A stretch of 64,000 nt of DNA from a virus (Duplodnaviria; Caudoviricetes), in the IMG/VR virus record IMGVR_UViG_3300037067_022020, positions 1 through 64,000 of that record; one strand, given 5' to 3'. Made by a program: the position numbers and the translations under genes. The notes below the pieces were generated by a model that was not told the origin of the DNA, ran no database searches, and saw only the letters and a program-made list of their open reading frames with translations. Positions 1-9,230 of this stretch are shown piece after piece. How positions within the stretch are numbered: the stretch's first letter is position 1; the number at the start of each line of letters is the position of its first letter.

Positions 1-245
1 CATTTTCATAGGAACTCTTGTTTCTTTTGGTTTTATAATGGATTTAATAAATATTGATGTTTTCCATCATGGAGAACTATCAAAAGATTCATTAAAATAC
101 TATGTACAAACATTTTTAGACGGAGCGATTTTTTTAGCAATTTTAACAATATTAACCCTTATAGGTATTTTCGGATATAGTATAGTTGACGATATTTGGG
201 GAAGAGTTGAACGTAAATTTAGAAATAAGAAAAAAATCAAGTAAA

Positions 246-674
246 ATGGAAAAAGAAATAAAAGTAATACCGCCCGATGGATTTAGGATAGTCAGCGTTA
301 ATCTTTTTAACAACGAAATAACGGCAACCATCGAAAAGAAAAAAGAAGATGACTTTGGCAAGTATTGGAAAAGATGTTGGTTTGAAAGGTATAACATAAT
401 TAATTATAAATCATTTGATTATTACGATTGGGAGGTATTAATCAACTTCTACCGTTGGTTTGCAAAAGAACTTAACGGAGATTGGAAACCGAATTGGAAA
501 TGTGAAACTCAAAAAAAATACTGCATTTGCTATGACTATGATTTTGGAAAATATGAAATAGATTGTAAGTATAGTCATTCTATTTCTTTTGGTATTACCT
601 TTTCAAAAGAAACAGCAGAAAAAGCACTTGAAATCTGTCCAAAAGAATTTCTTGATAAACTCTTCCAGATATAA
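246..674 (+). CDS. hypothetical phage protein
   Basis: ATG at 246 inside the called ORF 186..674; LNGDWKPNW..Q.KY motif resembles small proteins of Bacteroidota phages. Confidence 0.6.
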   Translation: MEKEIKVIPPDGFRIVSVNLFNNEITATIEKKKEDDFGKYWKRCWFERYNIINYKSFDYYDWEVLINFYRWFAKELNGDWKPNWKCETQKKYCICYDYDFGKYEIDCKYSHSISFGITFSKETAEKALEICPKEFLDKLFQI

Positions 675-852
675 ATCAAATACTATTCAATAGATGATAT
701 GAATATAGGATATGCAATACGTAAAGTCCGTAAACGGAAAAAAAATGAAATAGATAATAAATGTGACCTACACCAGCATTGGAAAAATGAGGAAGCTGAA
801 ATGGAATATGATAGTAAATCTATTGATGGATTTGGGAAATAATATAAAGAAT

Positions 853-1038
853 ATGAAGAAAAATAGAAATTGGAAATCTGGTGATAGGTCATTTAATTGG
901 TCTCCGGAATACAAAGAAACTCCTCTTTGTCTGCAATCAAGGGAATATAATCGGGACATGAAGGGTGTTACGTGGGTTTATTATTCGGAAAAAGATGCAA
1001 AAAGATTATTGAAATTTCTTAAAAAAGTATTTAAATGA
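853..1038 (+). CDS. small hypothetical protein
   Basis: ATG at 853 after an A-rich stretch, within ORF 763..1038. Confidence 0.45.
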   Translation: MKKNRNWKSGDRSFNWSPEYKETPLCLQSREYNRDMKGVTWVYYSEKDAKRLLKFLKKVFK

Positions 1039-1197
1039 AAAATCAGATTGGCACAACAAGGTCATTAAACTTGAAAAAAGAATATGATAATAAAATATGG
1101 CTGTTCAAGATTTGTTATCTTAACTAAAAAATACGCTTTTAAATTTCCGCAATTTCAATATGGGTGACGAAATTTTTTACTTGGATTACTACACAAT

Positions 1198-1473
1198 ATG
1201 CAAGAATCTAAATGGAATAAATTAAAAGATGAAAGGCTATGCCCTATTGTTTTTTATTTACCTGGTGGTTGGCTTACAGTCATGATAAAATGTAGGGAAT
1301 TAACCAGAAAAGAGTTTTTAACTTTTGATAGAAATATTTTTTATCCTTATCCAGAAGATATATCCAGATTTAACATCCCAGTCGAAGATAAAGAAGATAG
1401 TTTTGGATGGTATAGAAACAAAATAGTTGCAGTTGATTATGGATCTTGGCATGATTTATTCAAAGCGAAATGA
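1198..1473 (+). CDS. hypothetical protein
   Basis: ORF with ATGA overlap into the next gene. Confidence 0.55.
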   Translation: MQESKWNKLKDERLCPIVFYLPGGWLTVMIKCRELTRKEFLTFDRNIFYPYPEDISRFNIPVEDKEDSFGWYRNKIVAVDYGSWHDLFKAK

Positions 1474-1823
1474 AAAATAATAAACAAAAATGTTCTTGTA
1501 AAAATATTATTCCACAAAGCAAAAAAAGTTATAAACAAATGATCATCATTGATATTCCGACACATATGTCAAAATATAAAGAATCCAGAATCAAAAATGG
1601 ATTAAGTGATAAAGTTTCTATTGATCCTTGTATCATCGAAGAAATTAAAGAATTATGGAATAAAGGAATAATTACATATGGTTCTTGTTGTGGACATAAT
1701 TTATATGAATCATTTGTAAATGTCGATGAAAGTAATATAGAACAAATGTTGTCAATGGGATATGTTATGAATCACAAAGATAAGTCACGAAAAGATACAT
1801 TTAGATTAAAAATGATTAATTAG
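1470..1823 (+). CDS. hypothetical phage protein (D.CI...GI.T.GSCCGH family)
   Basis: IDPCI..EIKELWNKGIITYGSCCGH motif. Confidence 0.65.
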   Translation: MKNNKQKCSCKNIIPQSKKSYKQMIIIDIPTHMSKYKESRIKNGLSDKVSIDPCIIEEIKELWNKGIITYGSCCGHNLYESFVNVDESNIEQMLSMGYVMNHKDKSRKDTFRLKMIN

Positions 1824-1840
1824 CTAAAAATAGTAAAATT

Positions 1841-2126
1841 ATGAGAACAGGAATAGAACTTATCGCTGTCGAAAGGCAAGAACAGATCGAAAAGCATCAT
1901 AGAACAATCGAAGATGATGTAAAATTTAATAATTGTTATCAATTATCAATTGGTGCAATAGATTTAATTAACATCAATCATTCTAATGATGAAGTTATAC
2001 CGGAAGCCCCCTTTGGGTGGGATGATGAACTATGGGTAAAAATGTGCAATAAGCCACTGAAAAAAACGGCTGATTATTGCAGGTTCTTTAATCGCAGCCG
2101 AAATTGACAGACTCCAAAATATATAA
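1841..2126 (+). pseudogene. frameshifted phage helical protein (ERxxQ...AxLIAAEIDRL family)
   Basis: A7 run at 2060-2066; removing one A gives the C-terminus RLIIAGSLIAAEIDRLQNI* ending at 2126. Confidence 0.7.
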
Positions 2127-2254
2127 CATGGATAAAGAGCGAGCCATATTATTTCGAGTAAATATTAAAAAGTAGCCAATAAATTCAACACTTGACACAG
2201 AATCCTTGTTTGAGTTTATCATAATATTAGATTCTGTCAAAAAATCTTACAAAT

Positions 2255-2425
2255 ATGTCAGAGCAAAACTTGGAGAACGAAAGAGACCAACAGACGCGTA
2301 TGGATTGTATAGATATGGCAACAAGAGTTGTAGGGAAACCATTCTTTTTACCAGACGGAACAAAACATCATGACGATGTTATAAGCGTTGCGTTACAGAT
2401 ATACAATTTTGTATTGGGTAAATAA
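2255..2425 (+). CDS. small hypothetical protein, 56 aa (not in ORF track)
   Basis: MSEQNLENERDQQTRMDCIDMATRVVGKPFFLPDGTKHHDDVISVALQIYNFVLGK*. Confidence 0.55.
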   Translation: MSEQNLENERDQQTRMDCIDMATRVVGKPFFLPDGTKHHDDVISVALQIYNFVLGK

Positions 2426-2433
2426 GTCTCTTT

Positions 2434-2481
2434 GTTAGGGTAGGAGCAGAATTAAAATTATTTTCTGCTCCTACATCTAAC
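2434..2481 (+). terminator. strong hairpin, probable terminator or processing stem
   Basis: gtaggagcagaa (2440-2451) / ttctgctcctac (2463-2474) is a perfect 12-bp stem, extended by gttag/ctaac; weak U-tract. Confidence 0.55.
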
Positions 2482-2540
2482 AATTATAATAAAATATTTT
2501 TATTATGGGAACAAGATCAATAGACTTCAATATATAAAAT

Positions 2541-2891
2541 ATGGAAAATAAAATTTTGAAAACAGAATTATTACCTGACTTTGACCTAGGTCAAAAAATA
2601 TGGTTTTATGGAGAAGAAAGACCATATAAAATACGTGCATGTGATAATCGATTTGCAATTTGTACAAAGCCATTTAATCTTCAAAAAACTGTTTTGTATA
2701 CTATAATTGATAGAAAGGAAAACATTCGAGGAACAGAAAATTTTATTTTCTGCCATGGATTTGAAACGGATAAGCAATGTAAAGACGCATTACACAGATT
2801 GCAAAAAGGAAAATCAGAAATAAGTCATAGAAATAGAGTTCCTCTTAAAATTATAAAAATCGTTTGGGAAATATTGGAATATTCAAAATGA
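2541..2891 (+). CDS. hypothetical phage protein
   Basis: RFAICTKPFNL.KTVLYTIID...RG motif. Confidence 0.65.
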   Translation: MENKILKTELLPDFDLGQKIWFYGEERPYKIRACDNRFAICTKPFNLQKTVLYTIIDRKENIRGTENFIFCHGFETDKQCKDALHRLQKGKSEISHRNRVPLKIIKIVWEILEYSK

Positions 2892-2919
2892 ATATAAAAA
2901 TCAATAAAACGAAAGGAAA

Positions 2920-3231
2920 ATGAGTAACGGAGTTATCGATTTTGCGCCTGTAAAAAACTGCAAATCACTAGAACTGACTTACGGAGAAATCTGCGTATGG
3001 TGTAATAAATGTGATTGTTTTAATCAGAAATGTCTGATTTGTAACAAGGTCATTAAACCGGGTAATTGTGTAATTGAGGTTGAACTTTATGATGTATTCA
3101 GTGCGGTTGTTTGTCCGGGTCATGAAGAGTTGATTAAGAAATACGGGAAATTCGATAAGAAGTATAAAAAATATATTATCAACATGACCAAAAGGGAATT
3201 TAAAAACAAAACGAAAGGAGAAAAACAATGA
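2920..3231 (+). CDS. Cys-rich hypothetical protein
   Basis: several CxxC pairs; aaagga upstream. Confidence 0.55.
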   Translation: MSNGVIDFAPVKNCKSLELTYGEICVWCNKCDCFNQKCLICNKVIKPGNCVIEVELYDVFSAVVCPGHEELIKKYGKFDKKYKKYIINMTKREFKNKTKGEKQ

Positions 3232-3473
3232 ATTATAAAGAATTACGTGATTTTCTGAATAATCTTTCAGAAGATCAACTTCAACAAGAAGTAAAAGTAT
3301 GGCCGGAAGAATCATCTGCAATTAAGGTGAATAGAGTTAGTATAACAAAAGAGGACCTATACTACTCTTCATATAACGAATCATGGTGTGGTCCAATCGA
3401 TTGCTTTGATGAACCTAACAGAGCTGATTTAATACTTGGTATAACAAAAGGAACAATAATGCTTGAGATTTAA
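3228..3473 (+). CDS. hypothetical protein
   Basis: ATGA overlap; aggag SD; MxYKELxxxLxxLxExQL start common in phages. Confidence 0.6.
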   Translation: MNYKELRDFLNNLSEDQLQQEVKVWPEESSAIKVNRVSITKEDLYYSSYNESWCGPIDCFDEPNRADLILGITKGTIMLEI

Positions 3474-3514
3474 TTTACATACAAAATAAATTAAAAACAC
3501 TTAAAAATAAAAAT

Positions 3515-4150
3515 ATGAATACTAACGTTTCTAAATTACTTAACTGGGCGGATTCGTATATATCTCGCCATAATCCTGGATATAATAACCCCTATCATAA
3601 TAATGAGCATATGAAATTTGTTAAGGATATGTCATTAGATATTTTCGATGATTATTTAACAAAACATAAGGAATCAGAATTATTTATAGAACAAGGAACA
3701 CTTATTCTTGGATTGTCGGCTTTATTTCATGATTTTGATCATTTTGGTAAAGCAAGTATTGATTTATACAATATTAAAAAGGCTATTGACGGATTTCAAT
3801 CATTTATAATTGATTATAAAATTAAAGAGAGATTTAATGATATTAATATATTGATAATTGAGAAAGAAGTAATATCTTTAATTGAATCTACAGAATTTCC
3901 GCATAAACCTGTAGCTGATTCTGCTTTGTTTATTCATATTATAAGAGATGCTGATTTATTACCTGGAGTTAGTGATGGGTGGGAAGAAGTAGTTAAGAAT
4001 ATATGCAAGGAAATGAATAAAACAATCGATCAGTGGAGACCAATACAAATTAAATTTATCTCTAATCTTCAATTCAAAACCGATTTAGCTAATCAGATTT
4101 ATGAAGAAAAAAGGAATGATGTGTTAGAAAAATTAAAAGAGTTAAAATAA
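3515..4150 (+). CDS. HD-domain phosphohydrolase (class I PDE-like signature)
   Basis: NPYHNNEH...SALFHDFDHFG...IIRDADL. Confidence 0.8.
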   Translation: MNTNVSKLLNWADSYISRHNPGYNNPYHNNEHMKFVKDMSLDIFDDYLTKHKESELFIEQGTLILGLSALFHDFDHFGKASIDLYNIKKAIDGFQSFIIDYKIKERFNDINILIIEKEVISLIESTEFPHKPVADSALFIHIIRDADLLPGVSDGWEEVVKNICKEMNKTIDQWRPIQIKFISNLQFKTDLANQIYEEKRNDVLEKLKELK

Positions 4151-4392
4151 TGAAAAGCTATGATTTTAATACTTTTCATAGAAGAAGAGATGAGTTTATA
4201 GAAAAATACAACTTGCTTCATAAATATTGCCCGAAATGTGGGAGTACTTTTTATAAAACCACTTTAGTTGGTTATCCCATTGATTCATCTAATCCGGATG
4301 AATATAAGGATCTTAATAAATGTACATGTGCAAATTGTAAGGATGTTCATACATATCATGATAGAGTTTCTGCGAATAACCAAAAAATTTAA
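4150..4392 (+). CDS. zinc-ribbon protein
   Basis: CPKCGS...CTCANC. Confidence 0.55.
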   Translation: MKSYDFNTFHRRRDEFIEKYNLLHKYCPKCGSTFYKTTLVGYPIDSSNPDEYKDLNKCTCANCKDVHTYHDRVSANNQKI

Positions 4393-4568
4393 GATGAAAA
4401 ATAACAAGTTGATAAAAAAATTAATTTCTGAATTAGAAAAAGCCCCGTTGAGTTCGGGGAATTTTGAAATTGGAGTTATTGTCGGAAAAATTATTTCTGA
4501 AAACACAAAAAATGATAGAAAAGAAAATTTTTTAGAAGGACTGCAAGCCCACATATAATCATTAAAAA

Positions 4569-4853
4569 ATGAAAATAGGAACATTAGAACATTCAGATTT
4601 ATGCCCAAAATGTGGGCAAGATTCATTAATACAAACATCACTATGTGAGTCGAGAAAGGAAACCGGGTCTTCTTGGAATGTGTTCACTATAAAATGCATA
4701 AATGATAAATGTGATTATGAATCTGATACTTATCGAATAAAATATCACCCAATAAAAGATAAGAAAATTATTGATATAACCCCTCGGAGAACTCCAATTT
4801 TAAATTTTTTAAAAAAGTTATTTTTAACCACCCCTAAAATAAATTTAAAATAA
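4569..4853 (+). CDS. zinc-ribbon protein
   Basis: CPKCGQ...CINDKC. Confidence 0.55.
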   Translation: MKIGTLEHSDLCPKCGQDSLIQTSLCESRKETGSSWNVFTIKCINDKCDYESDTYRIKYHPIKDKKIIDITPRRTPILNFLKKLFLTTPKINLK

Positions 4854-4859
4854 ATAAAT

Positions 4860-5540
4860 ATGAAATTAATTAAAGCGTCATATAAAATTATTAGTGATAT
4901 CAATTCGAATTATCTACTACAATTAATTGAATCAGCTGGAAGAACATGTTATAAAAGTGAAGATAAAATAACTGATTCATCAGCTAAAGAATTTATTAAA
5001 ATGATTTTATCAAAAGGTCATGAATCCGTTATAGAACATGGTAGTATGACTGTGAGATTTATTATTGACCGAGGTGTATCGCATGAATTAGTAAGGCATA
5101 GATTAGCATCTTTTTCTCAAGAAAGTACAAGATATTGCAATTATTCAAAAGATAAATTTGACAACCAGATTACTTTTATAATTCCTCCATGGATTGATAC
5201 GCATGAAGGAGTGTATCCACTAGGGTGTGCAGGAATTTCTGACTTTCATTCTTTTGAGGATGATTCTCCAGAAGAATCTTGGTTCTGGAGTTTATTAAAC
5301 GCCGAAAAAACTTATAACTATCTAATAAAGAAAGGGTGGAGACCTGAACAAGCTCGTTCCGTTCTTCCTAATTCATTAAAAACTGAAATTGTTGTCACCG
5401 CTAATCTTCGTGAATGGAGAACTATTTTTAAGCAACGAACAACTAAAGCAGCTCATCCTCAAATGAGAGAAGTAATGATTCCTTTGCTAAATGAAGTTAA
5501 AGAAAAAATACCTGTCGTCTTTGACGATATTCTGATTTGA
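4860..5540 (+). CDS. thyX: flavin-dependent thymidylate synthase
   Basis: GHESVIEH, RGVSHELVRHR.ASFSQESTRY, ARSVLPN, AHPQMR. Confidence 0.97.
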   Translation: MKLIKASYKIISDINSNYLLQLIESAGRTCYKSEDKITDSSAKEFIKMILSKGHESVIEHGSMTVRFIIDRGVSHELVRHRLASFSQESTRYCNYSKDKFDNQITFIIPPWIDTHEGVYPLGCAGISDFHSFEDDSPEESWFWSLLNAEKTYNYLIKKGWRPEQARSVLPNSLKTEIVVTANLREWRTIFKQRTTKAAHPQMREVMIPLLNEVKEKIPVVFDDILI

Positions 5541-5655
5541 AATAATCAGAAAAAAATTTTATATTTTATATTACCCCGAAGAGTCTAAGTAGATTCATTC
5601 CACACGCCTTCTTAAAAGTTACGTAAATCAATAACTGATGTAAATTATCAGCCAA

Positions 5656-7035
5656 ATGAATTATGTAACTACAGAAAATTCTATTGATGAAATAGATGAA
5701 ATATTACGTAAAAGCAAAGGACAAATAATTTTTAAACATAATAATTTAAACCTTCCAATTGATACTGGAAAATATAAAAATGGTTATGCGCAAAGAATAT
5801 TTTCTTTTTGTCGAAACGAAATAATTTTAAAATATTCAAAAAAAATTATTATATTATTAGAGAAGTTAAGTTCCACACAATATTCAGAAATAAATTCATT
5901 GCTTTCTGAATTAAATGCTGGGGGTGTAAATATTAATCTAACTAACCCCATTCGCATTTCACCCAAAATAAAAAAATGTCAAATTAGAATTGGTAGTTTA
6001 CCAGTATTTATATTGGAAGACGATTCTAAATTAAAAGATAATTGTGAGTTCTCATCACAGATATGTAAAAATGATTCGAGAAATTTTAAGCCACAATTTT
6101 TATTACAATATCAAGAAAAAATAGATTTGAATGAAAAATTTTCTAAGAACGATTTTAATTTTTTAAATTCAAAATATATATTATGTGGGAAATATAATGA
6201 TGACACAATTTTTGATATTATCTCGTCTGGTATTTTAACTACAATTAAACAAAATAAAGATATTTTTGATAATAATGAATTACTTGGATTAAAAAGATTT
6301 TGTTACAATTTGAAGGAAATAAAAAAGATGGTTATTTTATCTGATAAACATAAAGTTTTAGAACAATCATATCAAAATTTAATGAATTGTTCATTGCGAT
6401 CAAATGAAATTCATAAAAATTTTGGAGAGTTATATGCGGCTATTAAATATTCATTATATCATCCTAATTCAGAAATATATTTACCAATAACTGGTCAAAC
6501 ATCATTTTTTGATTTTATTTCTATCGAGCAAAAAAGAAATGATAAATATGTTATTGTTAAGAAAATTCCTATTAAAATAAAACCAAGGGGAGCAGCTACA
6601 TCATTTACTGCGTTATTAAACTGTTTATATTTTAATGAAAAGCATCCTTTATATAAACAGATTAAAACGATTATTGATAATTGCCCAAAAAATAATTCTA
6701 TTATTCATAAACTAAAAACTATTGATAAATTTGATGAATTAGAAATGGCAATATCTAATTTTTATAAATCTATAGATTATAATCAGGATGGAAGAATTTA
6801 TGAATATATGAAACCAATTTTTAAAGATATTAAAATAGCCAGGAAATTTTGGGAATATATTTTACCAGTTATAGATATCGAAAAAACAAAATCAAAAATA
6901 GAAATAGGAATGGTAGATACAAATGGAAAAGTAGATTTTATAGAATTTAATCCAAAAAAGGTAAGTATCTGTTCACCCAAAAGAAGATATGAAAATGTAA
7001 CAGCATTATTAACTAATAAAAGAGAAAAATACTAA
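5656..7035 (+). CDS. hypothetical protein with a possible restriction-endonuclease-like (PD-(D/E)XK) C-terminal half
   Basis: NFGEL...IYLP...FFDF...IPIKIK..GAATS pattern. Confidence 0.4.
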   Translation: MNYVTTENSIDEIDEILRKSKGQIIFKHNNLNLPIDTGKYKNGYAQRIFSFCRNEIILKYSKKIIILLEKLSSTQYSEINSLLSELNAGGVNINLTNPIRISPKIKKCQIRIGSLPVFILEDDSKLKDNCEFSSQICKNDSRNFKPQFLLQYQEKIDLNEKFSKNDFNFLNSKYILCGKYNDDTIFDIISSGILTTIKQNKDIFDNNELLGLKRFCYNLKEIKKMVILSDKHKVLEQSYQNLMNCSLRSNEIHKNFGELYAAIKYSLYHPNSEIYLPITGQTSFFDFISIEQKRNDKYVIVKKIPIKIKPRGAATSFTALLNCLYFNEKHPLYKQIKTIIDNCPKNNSIIHKLKTIDKFDELEMAISNFYKSIDYNQDGRIYEYMKPIFKDIKIARKFWEYILPVIDIEKTKSKIEIGMVDTNGKVDFIEFNPKKVSICSPKRRYENVTALLTNKREKY

Positions 7036-7040
7036 ACAAC

Positions 7041-7472
7041 ATGAGTAATAAAAAATATCAATTGCTTTGTACATTTGCACCGAAAGAAACACTAATTTCA
7101 ACAGCAAAAACTATTTCGACATCATTTGAATTACCATATAAAAAGATTTATATATATGAAAATGATAAAAACAAATCTGAATTAATTTTTACATATAACA
7201 TTTCTGGGGAATATTCGTCTGATCAATTCCTAAGATGTACAATATTAGTTCATAGAAATAAAGATACAAATACTTTATATACTATTAACGCATTGAATTT
7301 TTTAATATGTGAAATTAATAATGGGATCCTCGATCGCAAATTTCCGATTCCATGGGAAAATTATAATAATTTACTTTTACTTAACAATAAAGATGAACTT
7401 AGAAAAATAAATTTGAAATTAAAAGATATTGTGTGCTGGGGTAAGGATAATTCATTAATTTCAAATAACTAA
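7041..7472 (+). CDS. conserved large-phage hypothetical protein
   Basis: QLLCTF...HRNKDTNTLYTINALN..I...NNG.LD motif; lies in the replication block. Confidence 0.6.
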   Translation: MSNKKYQLLCTFAPKETLISTAKTISTSFELPYKKIYIYENDKNKSELIFTYNISGEYSSDQFLRCTILVHRNKDTNTLYTINALNFLICEINNGILDRKFPIPWENYNNLLLLNNKDELRKINLKLKDIVCWGKDNSLISNN

Positions 7473-7475
7473 AAA

Positions 7476-8225
7476 ATGACTGGGTTAAAGGATTTATTGA
7501 ATGAGATATTAAAATATCAAGAAGACTCTGTATTAATTTCTGAGGGATTGCTTTATACTTATCCTCCATCAACAATATTTTCGTATTTACAACATTCGTT
7601 GGGGTTTGATAAATATCAAATTCAATTAATTCAAGAAGATGAAAAAATTAAATCAAAATATTTTGAAATTCTAATATTACAAAGAAATTTAAATAATGTT
7701 GAAAAGTTGATGAAATTTATGGAAAATATTTGTGGGTGGGCTCCAGGTATTTTTATTTCTACATTTGGAACTAATTTGGGAAAATTCACTTATTCTACTT
7801 TTGAAAAATTATATGATGAGTTAATAGAAAATGAAAGATCGACGTTTATAATTCGGTTTGAGGCAAAATTTAATATTTCATTAGACAATAAATATTTACC
7901 AGATTATTTATATCATGTTTCTTTAAATTCAAATGTAAAGAAAATCTTAAAAATAGGAATTAAACCAACTTCAAAATCGAAAATATCATCTCATCTAGAT
8001 AGAATATATCTTACATTAACATTAGATGATGCATATACATTAAAATCATTATTTTTAAAAAATTATCCCCAAAAAGAATTTGCAATTTTAAAGATCGACA
8101 CTAAATCATTAGCTAATAATGTTATTTTTTTCGAAGATCCAATGTTTCAAAAGTTTGAAAAAATAGGAATATACACGTTAAGTAATATACCTCCTACGGT
8201 AATACAATTAGTAAAAACAACATAA
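7476..8225 (+). CDS. ADP-ribosyltransferase / Tpt1-KptA-like fold protein with N-terminal leader
   Basis: YLYHVS...ILKIGIKP...DRIYL...ILKID...FEDP...IYTLSNIPP. Confidence 0.6.
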   Translation: MTGLKDLLNEILKYQEDSVLISEGLLYTYPPSTIFSYLQHSLGFDKYQIQLIQEDEKIKSKYFEILILQRNLNNVEKLMKFMENICGWAPGIFISTFGTNLGKFTYSTFEKLYDELIENERSTFIIRFEAKFNISLDNKYLPDYLYHVSLNSNVKKILKIGIKPTSKSKISSHLDRIYLTLTLDDAYTLKSLFLKNYPQKEFAILKIDTKSLANNVIFFEDPMFQKFEKIGIYTLSNIPPTVIQLVKTT

Positions 8226-8227
8226 AA

Positions 8228-8304
8228 TCAAGTTTTAGGCTGTTTCTTGAAAAAACAGTGATAATTAACAAATTAACAATTTAAATATTAAAAAAGGAGT
8301 TATT
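8228..8304 (+). promoter_or_regulatory. putative translational operator of the SSB gene (H-type pseudoknot + AU-rich tract + SD)
   Basis: tcaag/cttga and ctgttt/aaacag interleaved; then aattaacaaattaacaatttaaa; ggag at 8296-8299. Confidence 0.5.
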
Positions 8305-9219
8305 ATGAGTATTAATTTAGATGTAATCAGACAAAAATTAAATGCATTACAATCACAACAAGCCGGGAATAAAAATATTTGGAAGCCCGAACCAGGAGAT
8401 AATTTAATTAGAATTATTCCATATCAACATAACAAAGAAAATCCATTTGTTGAAATTTATTTTCATTATAATATTGGAAAAAAAGCTTTGGTATCACCAT
8501 TTACAGTAGGAGAATCAGATCCAATTGTTGAATTTAGCGATAAACTAAAGAATACAGGAAGTAAAGATGATTGGGTTCTTGGTAAAAGAATGGAACCAAA
8601 AATGAGAGCATTCGCCCCAATTATTGTTCGCGGTAAAGAAAAAGAAGGCGTTAAATTTTGGGGATTTGGCCAAGAGATTTACCAAGAACTTTTAAATATC
8701 ATGGTCGATCCCGATTATGGTGATATTGCTGATCTTACTTCTGGTCGTGATATCACTGTGACATATTTAACACCAAAAGAAGCTGGTAATAAATATGGTA
8801 AAGTATCAATAAGAGTAAAACCAAATGCTTCGATTGCAACCAACAATAAAGAAATTGCACAAAAAATTGTCAAAGAGCAACCGAATCTTTCTGAAATTTA
8901 TCCTTGTAATACTTATGAAGAATTAAAATCAGCTTTAAATAAATGGTTAAACCCAGAAGATGCTGGTGATGTATCTAATGATGAAATCAATAAAGCACGA
9001 ACAGCCGCGATTGAATCAGGTATTATCAAAGATACAGTAAGTGAAGATAAAGAAGAAGTTGATGGAGAGGTCGAGGAAAAACAGCAAGAAAAACCACCGT
9101 TAACTAAACCAAAGACCGAATCTTCCTCATCTAAAACAAAGACAGAAAAATCAACAACTAAAACTGATCCAAAGGTTGACGACCTATTATCATCTTTTGA
9201 TGAGTTACTTAACTCTTAA
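8305..9219 (+). CDS. single-stranded DNA-binding protein, T4 gp32-like
   Basis: WKP.....IRIIP, FHY, GVKFWGFG..IY..L, DYGDI.D...GRDI, acidic tail ending FDELLNS. Confidence 0.88.
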   Translation: MSINLDVIRQKLNALQSQQAGNKNIWKPEPGDNLIRIIPYQHNKENPFVEIYFHYNIGKKALVSPFTVGESDPIVEFSDKLKNTGSKDDWVLGKRMEPKMRAFAPIIVRGKEKEGVKFWGFGQEIYQELLNIMVDPDYGDIADLTSGRDITVTYLTPKEAGNKYGKVSIRVKPNASIATNNKEIAQKIVKEQPNLSEIYPCNTYEELKSALNKWLNPEDAGDVSNDEINKARTAAIESGIIKDTVSEDKEEVDGEVEEKQQEKPPLTKPKTESSSSKTKTEKSTTKTDPKVDDLLSSFDELLNS

Positions 9220-9230
9220 ATAAAATAAAT

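Noticed and set aside
699-842. Short ORF MNIGYAIRKVRKRK resembling the start of an XRE HTH protein
   Set aside because: The similarity stops after about 14 residues and no HTH follows.
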